Below, piece after piece: positions 26,745 to 35,174 of a stretch of DNA of 55,593 bases (the first letter of the stretch is position 1; the number at the start of each line of letters is the position of its first letter). Made by a program: the position numbers and the translations under genes. The stretch is from an uncultured Melioribacter sp. Lineage in GTDB: Bacteria > Bacteroidota > Ignavibacteria > Ignavibacteriales > Melioribacteraceae. The notes below the pieces were generated by a model that was not told the DNA's origin, searched no databases, and saw only the letters and a list, made by a program, of their open reading frames with translations. The stretch lies in contig CAZRIQ010000001.1 in the NCBI GenBank assembly GCA_964600175.1, forward strand, positions 1 through 55,593, written 5' to 3'.

Positions 26745-27167
26745 TCATTTTATGCTTAATTCATCCTTAATTTTTTCACGCCACTCGTTATTAGATAAAT
26801 CATTTTCTATAAGATAATCTTTTAATGTTACAAGTTCCATTTCTTTTATGTGGGAATATTTGATGATTCCTATTTTCAGAGCAACTTCTTCACGGCCTTT
26901 TATGGTATCTGCGTATTTATGACAGTTATTTCCAGTCTCTCTTGGTGAACATACGGGAACGCCATTCATCCAATCCCAAAAAAGAACCTTCACACTTCTA
27001 TGAACTATATGATGGCATTCGAGTGGTCCATGTCCACCGCAAATAATACATTTATTTCCGTATTCTTTTAAAACGCGATCGCGCCAAAGTTTTGAGAGAG
27101 TTGAGTCACTAAGACCTTTTTTGTGTTTGCGTTTCTTTGTTTTTTTAGGTACTGGATGAATTGTCAT
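26745..27167 (-). CDS. NinG/HNH-like nuclease
   Basis: LWRDRV..CIICG..LECHHIVHRS..WMNGVPVC..CH. Confidence 0.75.
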   Translation of the reverse strand: MTIHPVPKKTKKRKHKKGLSDSTLSKLWRDRVLKEYGNKCIICGGHGPLECHHIVHRSVKVLFWDWMNGVPVCSPRETGNNCHKYADTIKGREEVALKIGIIKYSHIKEMELVTLKDYLIENDLSNNEWREKIKDELSIK

Positions 27168-27436
27168 TTTTATACCTTTCTATATCCCACATTGGAACAT
27201 AAATAGCATCTTTTTCAACACATTTTGGACAACAAATATCTTTCATTTTTTCTGTAATAATGCAATCAGTTTTTTTGCCTACAAAACCACAACATGGGCA
27301 TTCATAATTTATACTATTTGCCATAATTCACCATGCATATTAACAAAATCACAATGTCTTTTTATTGGTTTATTGAATACCATTTAATATCTTTATGAAC
27401 TGGAAATCCTGATTTGTCAGAGTAAAAAGCATCGAT

Positions 27437-27955
27437 TTAAATCTTCTGGCTTTTTCTGACATTGTGTCCCAAGTTGTTCATTCGTTCATCCATACGAGCT
27501 AGCATTCTTTTGTAACCTTGAATATTTTTTAATTCGCGGCGAACTGCAACAAGCCTTTTTTTATATTCTTTGACTTGAATTCGGACCCATGCTTCACGGT
27601 CTTTATCATGAGGGAATGTCCCTATTTTTTCAAGGCTTTTAATTCTTGCATTATCTGATTCATCTGTATACCATTCATACATCACATCTCGTAATGCATC
27701 AATCATTAACGCTAAATCAGAAAGAGTTTTATCATCCTTACAGATCCGTATTTGAATGTCTTCAATTATTGCAAGCTCTATTGGATCGCCAGAAACCTCA
27801 TAAATGCCATCGTCTATTTCAATTTGTTCTAAGGTGTCACAAATAGCAGCAAATTCATTATCCCAACCATCCAACGTTAAAGGTGCCTGTACTTTTAACA
27901 TTTTATTTCTCCAAAGTCTACAAATATTTTCATTTATTATCTCATAATTTTTCAA
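27437..27955 (-). CDS. Hypothetical protein
   Basis: 172-aa ORF in operon. Confidence 0.6.
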   Translation of the reverse strand: MKNYEIINENICRLWRNKMLKVQAPLTLDGWDNEFAAICDTLEQIEIDDGIYEVSGDPIELAIIEDIQIRICKDDKTLSDLALMIDALRDVMYEWYTDESDNARIKSLEKIGTFPHDKDREAWVRIQVKEYKKRLVAVRRELKNIQGYKRMLARMDERMNNLGHNVRKSQKI

Positions 27956-28160
27956 GCCCTAATTGTTCAGGGTCTAAATAAAACACAGGGCCTCTAAAAC
28001 CACAAGGACACCATATACTGTAAATGTCTTCATAGCCTTCAGGACCGTGTAACTCATGGCCACATTCTTTTTCAATATATGAATAAGGGCAGTTATATTT
28101 TGAATAATCTGCTTGATTTTTTAAGCTCATATATACCCCTTTTATCATTTTCACCTCCAA
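27942..28160 (-). CDS. Small Cys-rich protein
   Basis: CPY..CGH..WCPCG. Confidence 0.55.
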   Translation of the reverse strand: MEVKMIKGVYMSLKNQADYSKYNCPYSYIEKECGHELHGPEGYEDIYSIWCPCGFRGPVFYLDPEQLGLEKL

Positions 28161-28164
28161 AGCT

Positions 28165-28467
28165 TTAAATCATATCTTTGATTCTCAGGTATCCATCTTT
28201 ATTAATAGTGCTATATTCTAAATTCATTTTTTTGCTCATATTCATTTTGAGATAATATAAATCATTTCTCAATTCAGAAAGGAGTCGTGTTTCTACATAT
28301 ACGTCATTTGTTATTCTATTATTATGTATTTTATATTTTAATTCCTTAAGTGCTATATCGAAAACAGATATTAAATTATCCAAGTCTTCGACAAACCAAA
28401 ATTGATCATCTTTCAAATGGTCTCTCGCGTATTCAAACGCTTCTTTTTTTAAATCCTTAATTTTCAT
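28165..28467 (-). CDS. Hypothetical protein
   Basis: GAGGAG RBS. Confidence 0.55.
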   Translation of the reverse strand: MKIKDLKKEAFEYARDHLKDDQFWFVEDLDNLISVFDIALKELKYKIHNNRITNDVYVETRLLSELRNDLYYLKMNMSKKMNLEYSTINKDGYLRIKDMI

Positions 28468-28886
28468 TTTCTCCTCTCAAAATACTTCTCAAATTCTGGA
28501 TGTCGTTCCAAAATATAATCCCGCATTAATCCCAAATGAGAATTGTCAATTTTCTTTGAATGATACGCTCTCAATAAATTGGGGATAGTTGACACTGCTA
28601 TTTTTGGAGCGTTTTCAAAATCATTTAAATATTTTAAATACAAAGTTTCGAAATCTTTATTTCTATCAAGCCAATCTGAGAAGGCCTCGTCTTTCTGGCG
28701 GCGCTTCTTTTTCTTATTTTTATAGGCATGAAATTTATCTGTTTTATATTTGTTGAAAAGGGTTTTGTGCCGATTGTTACAATCTAACCTATCGATGCAT
28801 TCTTTTAGACACCAATGACAAATGTGTTTTCCAGGATGCTTTTTCATGTTTGATCCTTTCTGCTTAAATCTCGTTTTTGCCGCCAA
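28464..28886 (-). CDS. Hypothetical protein
   Basis: ORF in operon; start probably MKKHPG. Confidence 0.55.
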   Translation of the reverse strand: MAAKTRFKQKGSNMKKHPGKHICHWCLKECIDRLDCNNRHKTLFNKYKTDKFHAYKNKKKKRRQKDEAFSDWLDRNKDFETLYLKYLNDFENAPKIAVSTIPNLLRAYHSKKIDNSHLGLMRDYILERHPEFEKYFERRK

Positions 28887-29043
28887 ACAAGGGTATTTTA
28901 CCTTTCAAATTTTTTAGGCAAGTAAAACATGCCTTTTTATTAAATCGCTTTAAATCCGCCCCGTACTGTTCAACTTTGACCCGCCAAGGTTCCGGTTGTT
29001 TGGTACGGGGCGTTGTCAACTTCAGGGGTTATTCCCTGATTTG

Positions 29044-29241
29044 TGGGACAGGCAGGATTCGAACCTGCATGACATATACTATCTGTTAGCAACCACCTCT
29101 AAGAGGGACAAACGTAAATATTTTCAGATAGCTTATAAGGTGCGCGACTTAACCCCTGTTTACGTTGCTTCTCCATTAGTCGATTTGTCACACCTTGTCT
29201 AGCCCGTTAAGCACAGCGTCTACCAATTCCACCACTGTCCC
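29044..29241 (-). ncRNA. tRNA-like RNA with about 125-nt insert replacing the anticodon/variable arms
   Basis: Acceptor GGGACAG/CTGTCCC-A, Leu-type D region TGGTGGAATTGGTAGACGC, T arm GCAGG-TTCGAAT-CCTGC; no normal anticodon stem; 3' end CAA not CCA. Confidence 0.7.
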
Positions 29242-29323
29242 ATATAGCGGCGGTCATAGCAGACCGCCTTTTGATTTTATTGCAGCAGGAGTTCGTTACG
29301 CTGCAATATATATTACTTTTTTA

Positions 29324-29764
29324 TCAAAATGGGAGGTCATCGACTGGTTCTGGCTCGTTTTGCTCAGAATGGTCTTGATTGTTCGTACTTTCTGGCCGAT
29401 TCCCACCACCCAGCATCTCGAGATCACTGGCAACCACTTCTGTAATATATCGTTTCACACCGTTTTGATCATCATAGGAACGGGTCTGCAGGCGGCCTTC
29501 GATATAAACATTGCTTCCCTTTTTGAGAAATTCTCCAATGATTTCAGCCAACTTTCCCCAAGCGACAATCCGATGCCAGTCTGTTTTTTCCTGTTGATTG
29601 CCATCTGAATCTTTCCATGATGCATTGGTCGCCAGATTAAAATTCACATTGGCTCTTCCTGATGATGTATACTTTAACTGTGGATCTGCGCCCAATCGAC
29701 CAATCAACATGACACGGTTAAGTGTTCCTTTACTCATTTGATGCTCCTGCTTTTTTGAATTCAT
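29324..29764 (-). CDS. ssb: Single-stranded DNA-binding protein
   Basis: [33 protein letters not shown] (likely start MSKG). Confidence 0.97.
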   Translation of the reverse strand: MNSKKQEHQMSKGTLNRVMLIGRLGADPQLKYTSSGRANVNFNLATNASWKDSDGNQQEKTDWHRIVAWGKLAEIIGEFLKKGSNVYIEGRLQTRSYDDQNGVKRYITEVVASDLEMLGGGNRPESTNNQDHSEQNEPEPVDDLPF

Positions 29765-30525
29765 CCATTAAATAAATCACCAGAATTATTTTCAATTGTG
29801 TTTTTAGGTAATTGTTTTATTGATATTTCTTTTACTGATTCATCGGTAATGAGGCCATGAATTTTTGTTCCACTTTCAAAAAACAGTCTGACTTTTTCGA
29901 GAGAATCCTGTGATATATTTGGAACTAATCTCACAACAGGGAAAAGTGATTTACTGCCAGGCTTCTGAGATTTTACTTTTTCGACCGACAAATCAAAAGG
30001 GATATTTACAACAGTTCCGGCGCGCTCTAACACCTGATCAAAAACAGAAACTATCTGAGGTATTGAACTTTCAGTCCCCCTTGTTGAAAATTGCCATACA
30101 CCCCAAACGCCCTTTATTGCAGGGATGATAAAGCGCAATGTAAGGATATGATACCACTCGCTTTTGGCTCTATTTGCAAGCGTTTCAATTAGGTCCTCAT
30201 GTTCACTTTTATTTATATTAATATAATCTTGATCTTGTTCAGACCAGACACGGAAATTCTCTCCGTCTCCATCTGCGTACAATTTTGCGCCCTGCCTTAG
30301 CTCCATTCTTTCGTTGCATACTTCTTCAATGCTATCAGATGGGAATATGACAGTGATATTTTTAGGCTTATCACCGAATGATTTTTTGAACATCTCAGAG
30401 TAATGCCCGTCAGCAATGAAATAATCAAGAGACTGTGGAATATTTCCATTAAGTTTTCCACATCTAATTTTCCCAACTATGGGAATACGTGTTTGTGCCG
30501 TTTCTCTTTTTATTCTACCCTTCAT
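29761..30525 (-). CDS. Gp3-like (recombination directionality factor-like) phage recombination protein
   Basis: [38 protein letters not shown]. Confidence 0.7.
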   Translation of the reverse strand: MKGRIKRETAQTRIPIVGKIRCGKLNGNIPQSLDYFIADGHYSEMFKKSFGDKPKNITVIFPSDSIEEVCNERMELRQGAKLYADGDGENFRVWSEQDQDYININKSEHEDLIETLANRAKSEWYHILTLRFIIPAIKGVWGVWQFSTRGTESSIPQIVSVFDQVLERAGTVVNIPFDLSVEKVKSQKPGSKSLFPVVRLVPNISQDSLEKVRLFFESGTKIHGLITDESVKEISIKQLPKNTIENNSGDLFNG

Positions 30526-31481
30526 TATTCCCCCGTTAAAAAGGTTTCTGGATCAAATATTTCAAAAACTTCATTTGTATCTGTTGACAAATCTACAACA
30601 CAATCTTTGATCGTTGTTTTCTTTTTAGGCTTTAGGTTTGATTCGTCCATTTGAAATATTTTTAGATATTCAAACCATTTTTCTGATTCAATAGGTTGGT
30701 TTTTGAAATTATATGGTGAAACTGTTTTGCCAATTGGAAAACGATAATCTTTACAACCATAATTGTAAACAGTATCAATTTTCATTTCTTCAAAAGTATT
30801 ATTCCAGAGATGCAGATATGCAGTCAATTGATAAACATGGTCATCATAAAACCCATTACGACCACTTTTGAAATCAACAAGGATTCTTTTCTTTTCATTT
30901 TTAATTGTTGCCATACAAATCAAATCCAATGTCCCAGAATATCCAAGACCGGCAAGTGTCATTTCAATTGCGATTGGTTCAATTGAATAATCTTTACACC
31001 AACGAATGAACCCGATTATATCTTGCTTTATTTTTAACGTCCACTCGTCAACATCTATTTCATACATATAAAAATCTTCTGTCTCTGAAAAATAAGAAAT
31101 GCGTGAAATCATGGCCTCTTTCGAAATGTCAATTTTCTGACCTCTTAAAATTTCAGCAAATATAATATGCAAAAGAGTTCCGTATCCTGCCGCGATTCGC
31201 GCTTCTTTTTTTGATTGTTCCCACCCTAAATTTGAACGCCACATTTGAAGGCCGATAGGTGTTGGTGTAACAGCTTGTATAATTGTTGTAACGGATGGGA
31301 AATATTCAACCTTTCCGTCTACAATTTTAAGGTAAAATCTTCCTGAAGATGTATCAAGGCGCAACACTGGTTCTGGTTGTTCAATGATATAATTTTCATC
31401 AAGCCAAAATGCTTTTGCCTCTTCAATATTTATGTCAGATGTAATATGTGTCTTGATATCTTTTAACATTTCGTCGTTCAT
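30525..31481 (-). CDS. PD-(D/E)XK exonuclease
   Basis: PSVTTII, GTLLH, YSGTLDL, LVDFKSG, QLTAY. Confidence 0.85.
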   Translation of the reverse strand: MNDEMLKDIKTHITSDINIEEAKAFWLDENYIIEQPEPVLRLDTSSGRFYLKIVDGKVEYFPSVTTIIQAVTPTPIGLQMWRSNLGWEQSKKEARIAAGYGTLLHIIFAEILRGQKIDISKEAMISRISYFSETEDFYMYEIDVDEWTLKIKQDIIGFIRWCKDYSIEPIAIEMTLAGLGYSGTLDLICMATIKNEKKRILVDFKSGRNGFYDDHVYQLTAYLHLWNNTFEEMKIDTVYNYGCKDYRFPIGKTVSPYNFKNQPIESEKWFEYLKIFQMDESNLKPKKKTTIKDCVVDLSTDTNEVFEIFDPETFLTGE

Positions 31482-31575
31482 TATTCTCCCCTATTTTAAT
31501 TTGTTGCGCTTCGGTTATTTTTCATGTCTATTGTTTAGAGACTACCAATATTGTGCTATTTTATTAGAGCGCAAC

Positions 31576-31806
31576 CTATTTAATATTTAATGCTTTCTTT
31601 ATCTTTCCTAATGGGAACGGTGAATCTATTTTGTGTTTGACTTTGTTGATTTGCCAGGTATAAATTTCATCTAGCAAATTGATGGCATCATAATATTTTG
31701 CACTTGTTTTTATTGATCGCCTAGATGACAAAATAGCCATCACCAACATGCCTAAAATACCAGCACAGATAAAAATCAAAATTAAAATAGCAGGATGAAT
31801 TGTCAT
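31576..31806 (-). CDS. Small membrane-anchored protein
   Basis: N-terminal TM segment. Confidence 0.55.
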   Translation of the reverse strand: MTIHPAILILIFICAGILGMLVMAILSSRRSIKTSAKYYDAINLLDEIYTWQINKVKHKIDSPFPLGKIKKALNIK

Positions 31807-31991
31807 GATACACTCCTTTTCTGAAGGTCTTCAAGAACATCCTTAAAATGAGGCGATGGGATTGATATCCCCTTTTCCCATCTCCAAATTTGGAGAGGTT
31901 TACATCCCACACATTTAACCGCAAAGTCATGTAATGTCATGCCTCTACGATCCCTTTCTTCTCGAACTATTTTAGACCAGTTCATCTTCAC
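31803..31991 (-). CDS. XRE/Cro-like HTH regulator
   Basis: RDRRGMTLHDFA..IWRWEKGISIP. Confidence 0.8.
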   Translation of the reverse strand: MKMNWSKIVREERDRRGMTLHDFAVKCVGCKPLQIWRWEKGISIPSPHFKDVLEDLQKRSVS

Positions 31992-32158
31992 TCCTAATTC
32001 CTGTTCCTAGTTTTTTACCAAAAATACATCCAAACTCTTGTTGAACGTGATTTTGAACCAATCCACTGGAACAGTTTTTTAGGCATTGCAAAAGACTTTT
32101 AATTTCGCTAGCTATCGCAAATTTACATTCATAACATTGACAAATCCTATCTTTCATT

Positions 32159-32407
32159 TTATTCTCCTTCATAAAATTCAAAACATTTCTCACATGCAAC
32201 ATTAGCAGGCTTGCTATTTAATGTTTTAACATCCCCGATCCATGAATGTTCATTTGGATCAATAGGATCACAATCGTGACAAGTCAATTCTTGTCCACAA
32301 ATAGGGCAGACTCCGAAATATTCCCTTTCTATCAATCTTTGTGGATCTCCTGGATATATTGCCTTATCCCAATCTAAATGTATCATGTTTTCCTCTTTGC
32401 TTAACAT
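32159..32407 (-). CDS. Small Zn-finger protein
   Basis: CPICG..CHDC..CEKC. Confidence 0.55.
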   Translation of the reverse strand: MLSKEENMIHLDWDKAIYPGDPQRLIEREYFGVCPICGQELTCHDCDPIDPNEHSWIGDVKTLNSKPANVACEKCFEFYEGE

Positions 32408-32411
32408 CTAT

Positions 32412-32440
32412 AGTATATTCAAAAGAATATTCAATGTCAA
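32412..32440 (-). promoter_or_regulatory. Sigma70-like early promoter
   Basis: TTGACA-17-TATACT; spacer holds repeated TTGAATAT (operator candidate). Confidence 0.75.
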
Positions 32441-32471
32441 GCACTTTTTTGTTTTTAAAAGAAAATAAAAA

Positions 32472-32651
32472 TTAATTAACCTGGTTTTTTGTTTCCAGAA
32501 AACGCATGGCAAGCTCTGTGGTTTTCTGGATTTTCCGCTTGCCATTTTCTAGACGGTTTATATGGCACACAGTCAATCCAAGTTCGTGTGCCAATTTTTC
32601 CTGAGACAATCCGAGTTTTTCACGGATCTCTTTGAATTCTTGTGGTGTCAC
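32472..32651 (-). CDS. XRE-family HTH regulator (59 aa)
   Basis: Manual translation MTPQEFKEIREKLGLSQEKLAHELGLTVCHINRLENGKRKI. Confidence 0.85.
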   Translation of the reverse strand: MTPQEFKEIREKLGLSQEKLAHELGLTVCHINRLENGKRKIQKTTELAMRFLETKNQVN

Positions 32652-32668
32652 TTTTTTATTCCTTTATT

Positions 32669-32863
32669 TTATAATGTTTCGATTTCTTTGTCACCAACCA
32701 TAATTGTTACTACGGGCTCGCCTAACTGCGCGCCATCATCAATAATTTCGCGAGCAATTTTGCGCGCTTCATCTAATGTTTCTGCTTTTTGGTCTGCGAT
32801 GTCATGTGGCTGCCATCCTGATCCGGGTTGCCATACTGCGGTTGTGAGTGTGTACTTTTTCAT
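32669..32863 (-). CDS. Hypothetical protein
   Basis: AGGAGG RBS. Confidence 0.6.
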   Translation of the reverse strand: MKKYTLTTAVWQPGSGWQPHDIADQKAETLDEARKIAREIIDDGAQLGEPVVTIMVGDKEIETL

Positions 32864-32885
32864 TTTATTCCTCCTTTTTTATATA

Positions 32886-33200
32886 TTATTTCCCGCGCTG
32901 GTCGCCATCCAGCAATTCAATGCTATCCATTAAGTCATATATTGGAGATATTTCTAGCCATGTTCTCTCGCTATGGTGTTGACCATCAACCCATAAACAA
33001 GCCGAACCATTAAGCTCTCCACTGGAAAGTTCCGGCATCATAATAAGATGGACTTCAAATTTTTGATTGCCCTTGTATGATCTTACCGTCAAATTTAATT
33101 TATGCCATTTTTCAGCTTTGGTTCTGATGGCTTTTGTGAGTTCTACTCTGGTCATTTTATTCTCCTTTGTGTTTGTCTCTCTGACTAGTATAATATACAT
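32886..33200 (-). CDS. Hypothetical protein (likely start MTRVEL)
   Basis: AAGGAG RBS after the promoter. Confidence 0.55.
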   Translation of the reverse strand: MYIILVRETNTKENKMTRVELTKAIRTKAEKWHKLNLTVRSYKGNQKFEVHLIMMPELSSGELNGSACLWVDGQHHSERTWLEISPIYDLMDSIELLDGDQRGK

Positions 33201-33220
33201 AGTCTAAATACAAATGTCAA
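33192..33220 (-). promoter_or_regulatory. Sigma70-like early promoter
   Basis: TTGACA-17-TATATT. Confidence 0.75.
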
Positions 33221-33671
33221 GTCTTTTTTTCAAAAATAGCCTAAATAATGCACTTTTTTGATGCCTTAAGTCATTGTTTTTATTGGACGAACTGAAAATA
33301 ATTTTAATCGATTGTTTTTTTATTTGACTTAAGTCAATATACTTTGTACAACTAAAATAAGATCCTTAAATTTTGAGCGTCTTAAATGGAGTTTTTTTAT
33401 TAAGTTTAAACTATTAATTTTTATATAGTTAGTTTAAATTATATAAAACTGTTTAACAAAAAGGCGCGTTTGCAATAGCGCAAGATATACTAAAAAAGCA
33501 CCGTTTTTCTGCTAAGTATTTATTTTTATTAGAGTTATAAAAATTAAAACGACGCGATTAGAGGCGTTTTAGGGCCTCCAAATTAAATCGGCCATATATT
33601 TATATACCTAAAGAAAAGCCCCGAGTCGCTTTGCGTCCCGAGGCTTTCGTCGAAGGGGAAAAAGGAGAGAG

Positions 33672-33866
33672 TTACTTTTTTTCAATCAATGTTGTTATCT
33701 CTGGTGATTTCGAAAGTGTTCTTAATCCCGCATAAATAGCTGTAAGCACAGTTACAATTTTTGCAGCTAGTTCCGCAGGTATTAAACCACTTACCGCACC
33801 AACAATGGCAATAATACTGGAAATTACCGAAAGCCAAAATTCTGTTGTTTTGATTCCTGCTTTCAT
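33672..33866 (-). CDS. Holin
   Basis: MKAGIKTTEFW, two TM segments, near endolysin. Confidence 0.75.
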   Translation of the reverse strand: MKAGIKTTEFWLSVISSIIAIVGAVSGLIPAELAAKIVTVLTAIYAGLRTLSKSPEITTLIEKK

Positions 33867-33869
33867 TTT

Positions 33870-34226
33870 TTAGCCTTTCAAATTATTAATTATTGATTTA
33901 ATCCATTCAAGCAACCATTGCCAAAATGAACTTTCTTTAACTTGATTTAAAGCTTTCTTATTTTTATTTAATGTATTGCCTAAAAGCTGTAATCCCCAAC
34001 CTATCATGGGTCTTGCTTCTTTAACGGCCTCACCTGCAACCGTTAAGCCTGTTCCCATTTGGCCCTTATGTTTAGAAAGCCACAGTCCAAGCCTGTCTAT
34101 TTTGCCGACTGAAAAGTCTTCCTTTATTTCCAACAATTTTTTTTCATCTGATTTAATACCGACATCAGAATCTTTTTGTTTTTTATCAACTCTCGGTTCT
34201 ATAGAATCAAAATTAGGTTCTCGCAT
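33870..34226 (-). CDS. Lysis-region hypothetical protein
   Basis: Amphipathic C-terminus; position. Confidence 0.55.
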   Translation of the reverse strand: MREPNFDSIEPRVDKKQKDSDVGIKSDEKKLLEIKEDFSVGKIDRLGLWLSKHKGQMGTGLTVAGEAVKEARPMIGWGLQLLGNTLNKNKKALNQVKESSFWQWLLEWIKSIINNLKG

Positions 34227-34734
34227 TTATTCCCCCTGTCCAAAAATCACCTGTTTGTAAATATAAAGCGCGTTCAAATATCTTGGCAATCCCTGCAATG
34301 TGTTCAGCTCTATCAGTTCCGTTTATACATCTTCTAGCATTGATATAATCTGTTTTAATTCCATCTATATAATGCTCTAATTTTTTCCCAGTGAACCGTC
34401 CATATTTAAAACCTTCAAGCATTATTTTCATTGCGTTTTTAGGCTCAAGGGCTAAATCAGGATTGTTTGCAAGATCAATTTTTAATAACATGCCAAACCG
34501 ATTATAATTATCTTCCCATGTTATTTGTATAAACCCACGACCATAATAAGGATAATATCTAAAGTTCTCTTTGCGCCAATCTTCTGATTTCCAGAACGCC
34601 TCTTTGACGGGTTTAAAAGTATGGGCTGTCTCATGATAAGCCGTTGCGATCACATATGCTTTATGCTGGATTAAAGGCAACTCGTAATCATCACAGGCTT
34701 TTATAATTGCTGATATTGTGTCTTGTTTATTCAA
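34213..34734 (-). CDS. Endolysin, glycoside hydrolase family 19-like
   Basis: AYVIATAYHET..YYGRGFIQITWEDNY..ARRCINGTDRA. Confidence 0.9.
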   Translation of the reverse strand: MNKQDTISAIIKACDDYELPLIQHKAYVIATAYHETAHTFKPVKEAFWKSEDWRKENFRYYPYYGRGFIQITWEDNYNRFGMLLKIDLANNPDLALEPKNAMKIMLEGFKYGRFTGKKLEHYIDGIKTDYINARRCINGTDRAEHIAGIAKIFERALYLQTGDFWTGGINART

Positions 34735-34936
34735 TTTTAAGAATTCCTTTTATAAACCAAACAAATCCACCACCAATCAATCCCATTAATCCAGATAAAG
34801 ACGTATCAAAATTTTTGCGCTTTTCAAGCACCGTTATTCTTTTGTTTAATGATCTAAATACTAACCAATCCCGATCTTCTGGTGGCATTCGCTTGAAGAC
34901 CTCTTCTGTAATCTCAATATTCCCATTTTCAGCCAT
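34727..34936 (-). CDS. Small membrane protein (holin/hemolysin-like)
   Basis: RITVLEK plus C-terminal TM segment. Confidence 0.55.
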   Translation of the reverse strand: MAENGNIEITEEVFKRMPPEDRDWLVFRSLNKRITVLEKRKNFDTSLSGLMGLIGGGFVWFIKGILKIE

Positions 34937-35174
34937 AGCTAGATCCCTGTCTTTGTTATTCTTTATTTTTCACACTATCAGTAGGTTTTTCTGTTCTAAT
35001 ATTAGAAATGCAAGAATTAAACTGGTTTGATATTTGCGCTCTAAAAGAATCAAACGAAAAAGACTTTTTTCCCTCAAACTCTTCATTCTGAAACGCAAAT
35101 ATCATATTTATAATATTTGCCTGACACTGACCGATTTCTTGTATTATTTTTTCATTTTCCATCACATTCATCCT

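Noticed and set aside
29044-29241. Functional tRNA-Leu or tmRNA
   Set aside because: No anticodon stem-loop, no G3-U70 pair, no evident tag ORF; kept only as tRNA-like
29761-30525. Gp3-like/RDF-like protein as the cassette recombinase or a sign of lysogeny
   Set aside because: No tyrosine or serine recombinase motifs; its exonuclease-SSB context points to general recombination/replication
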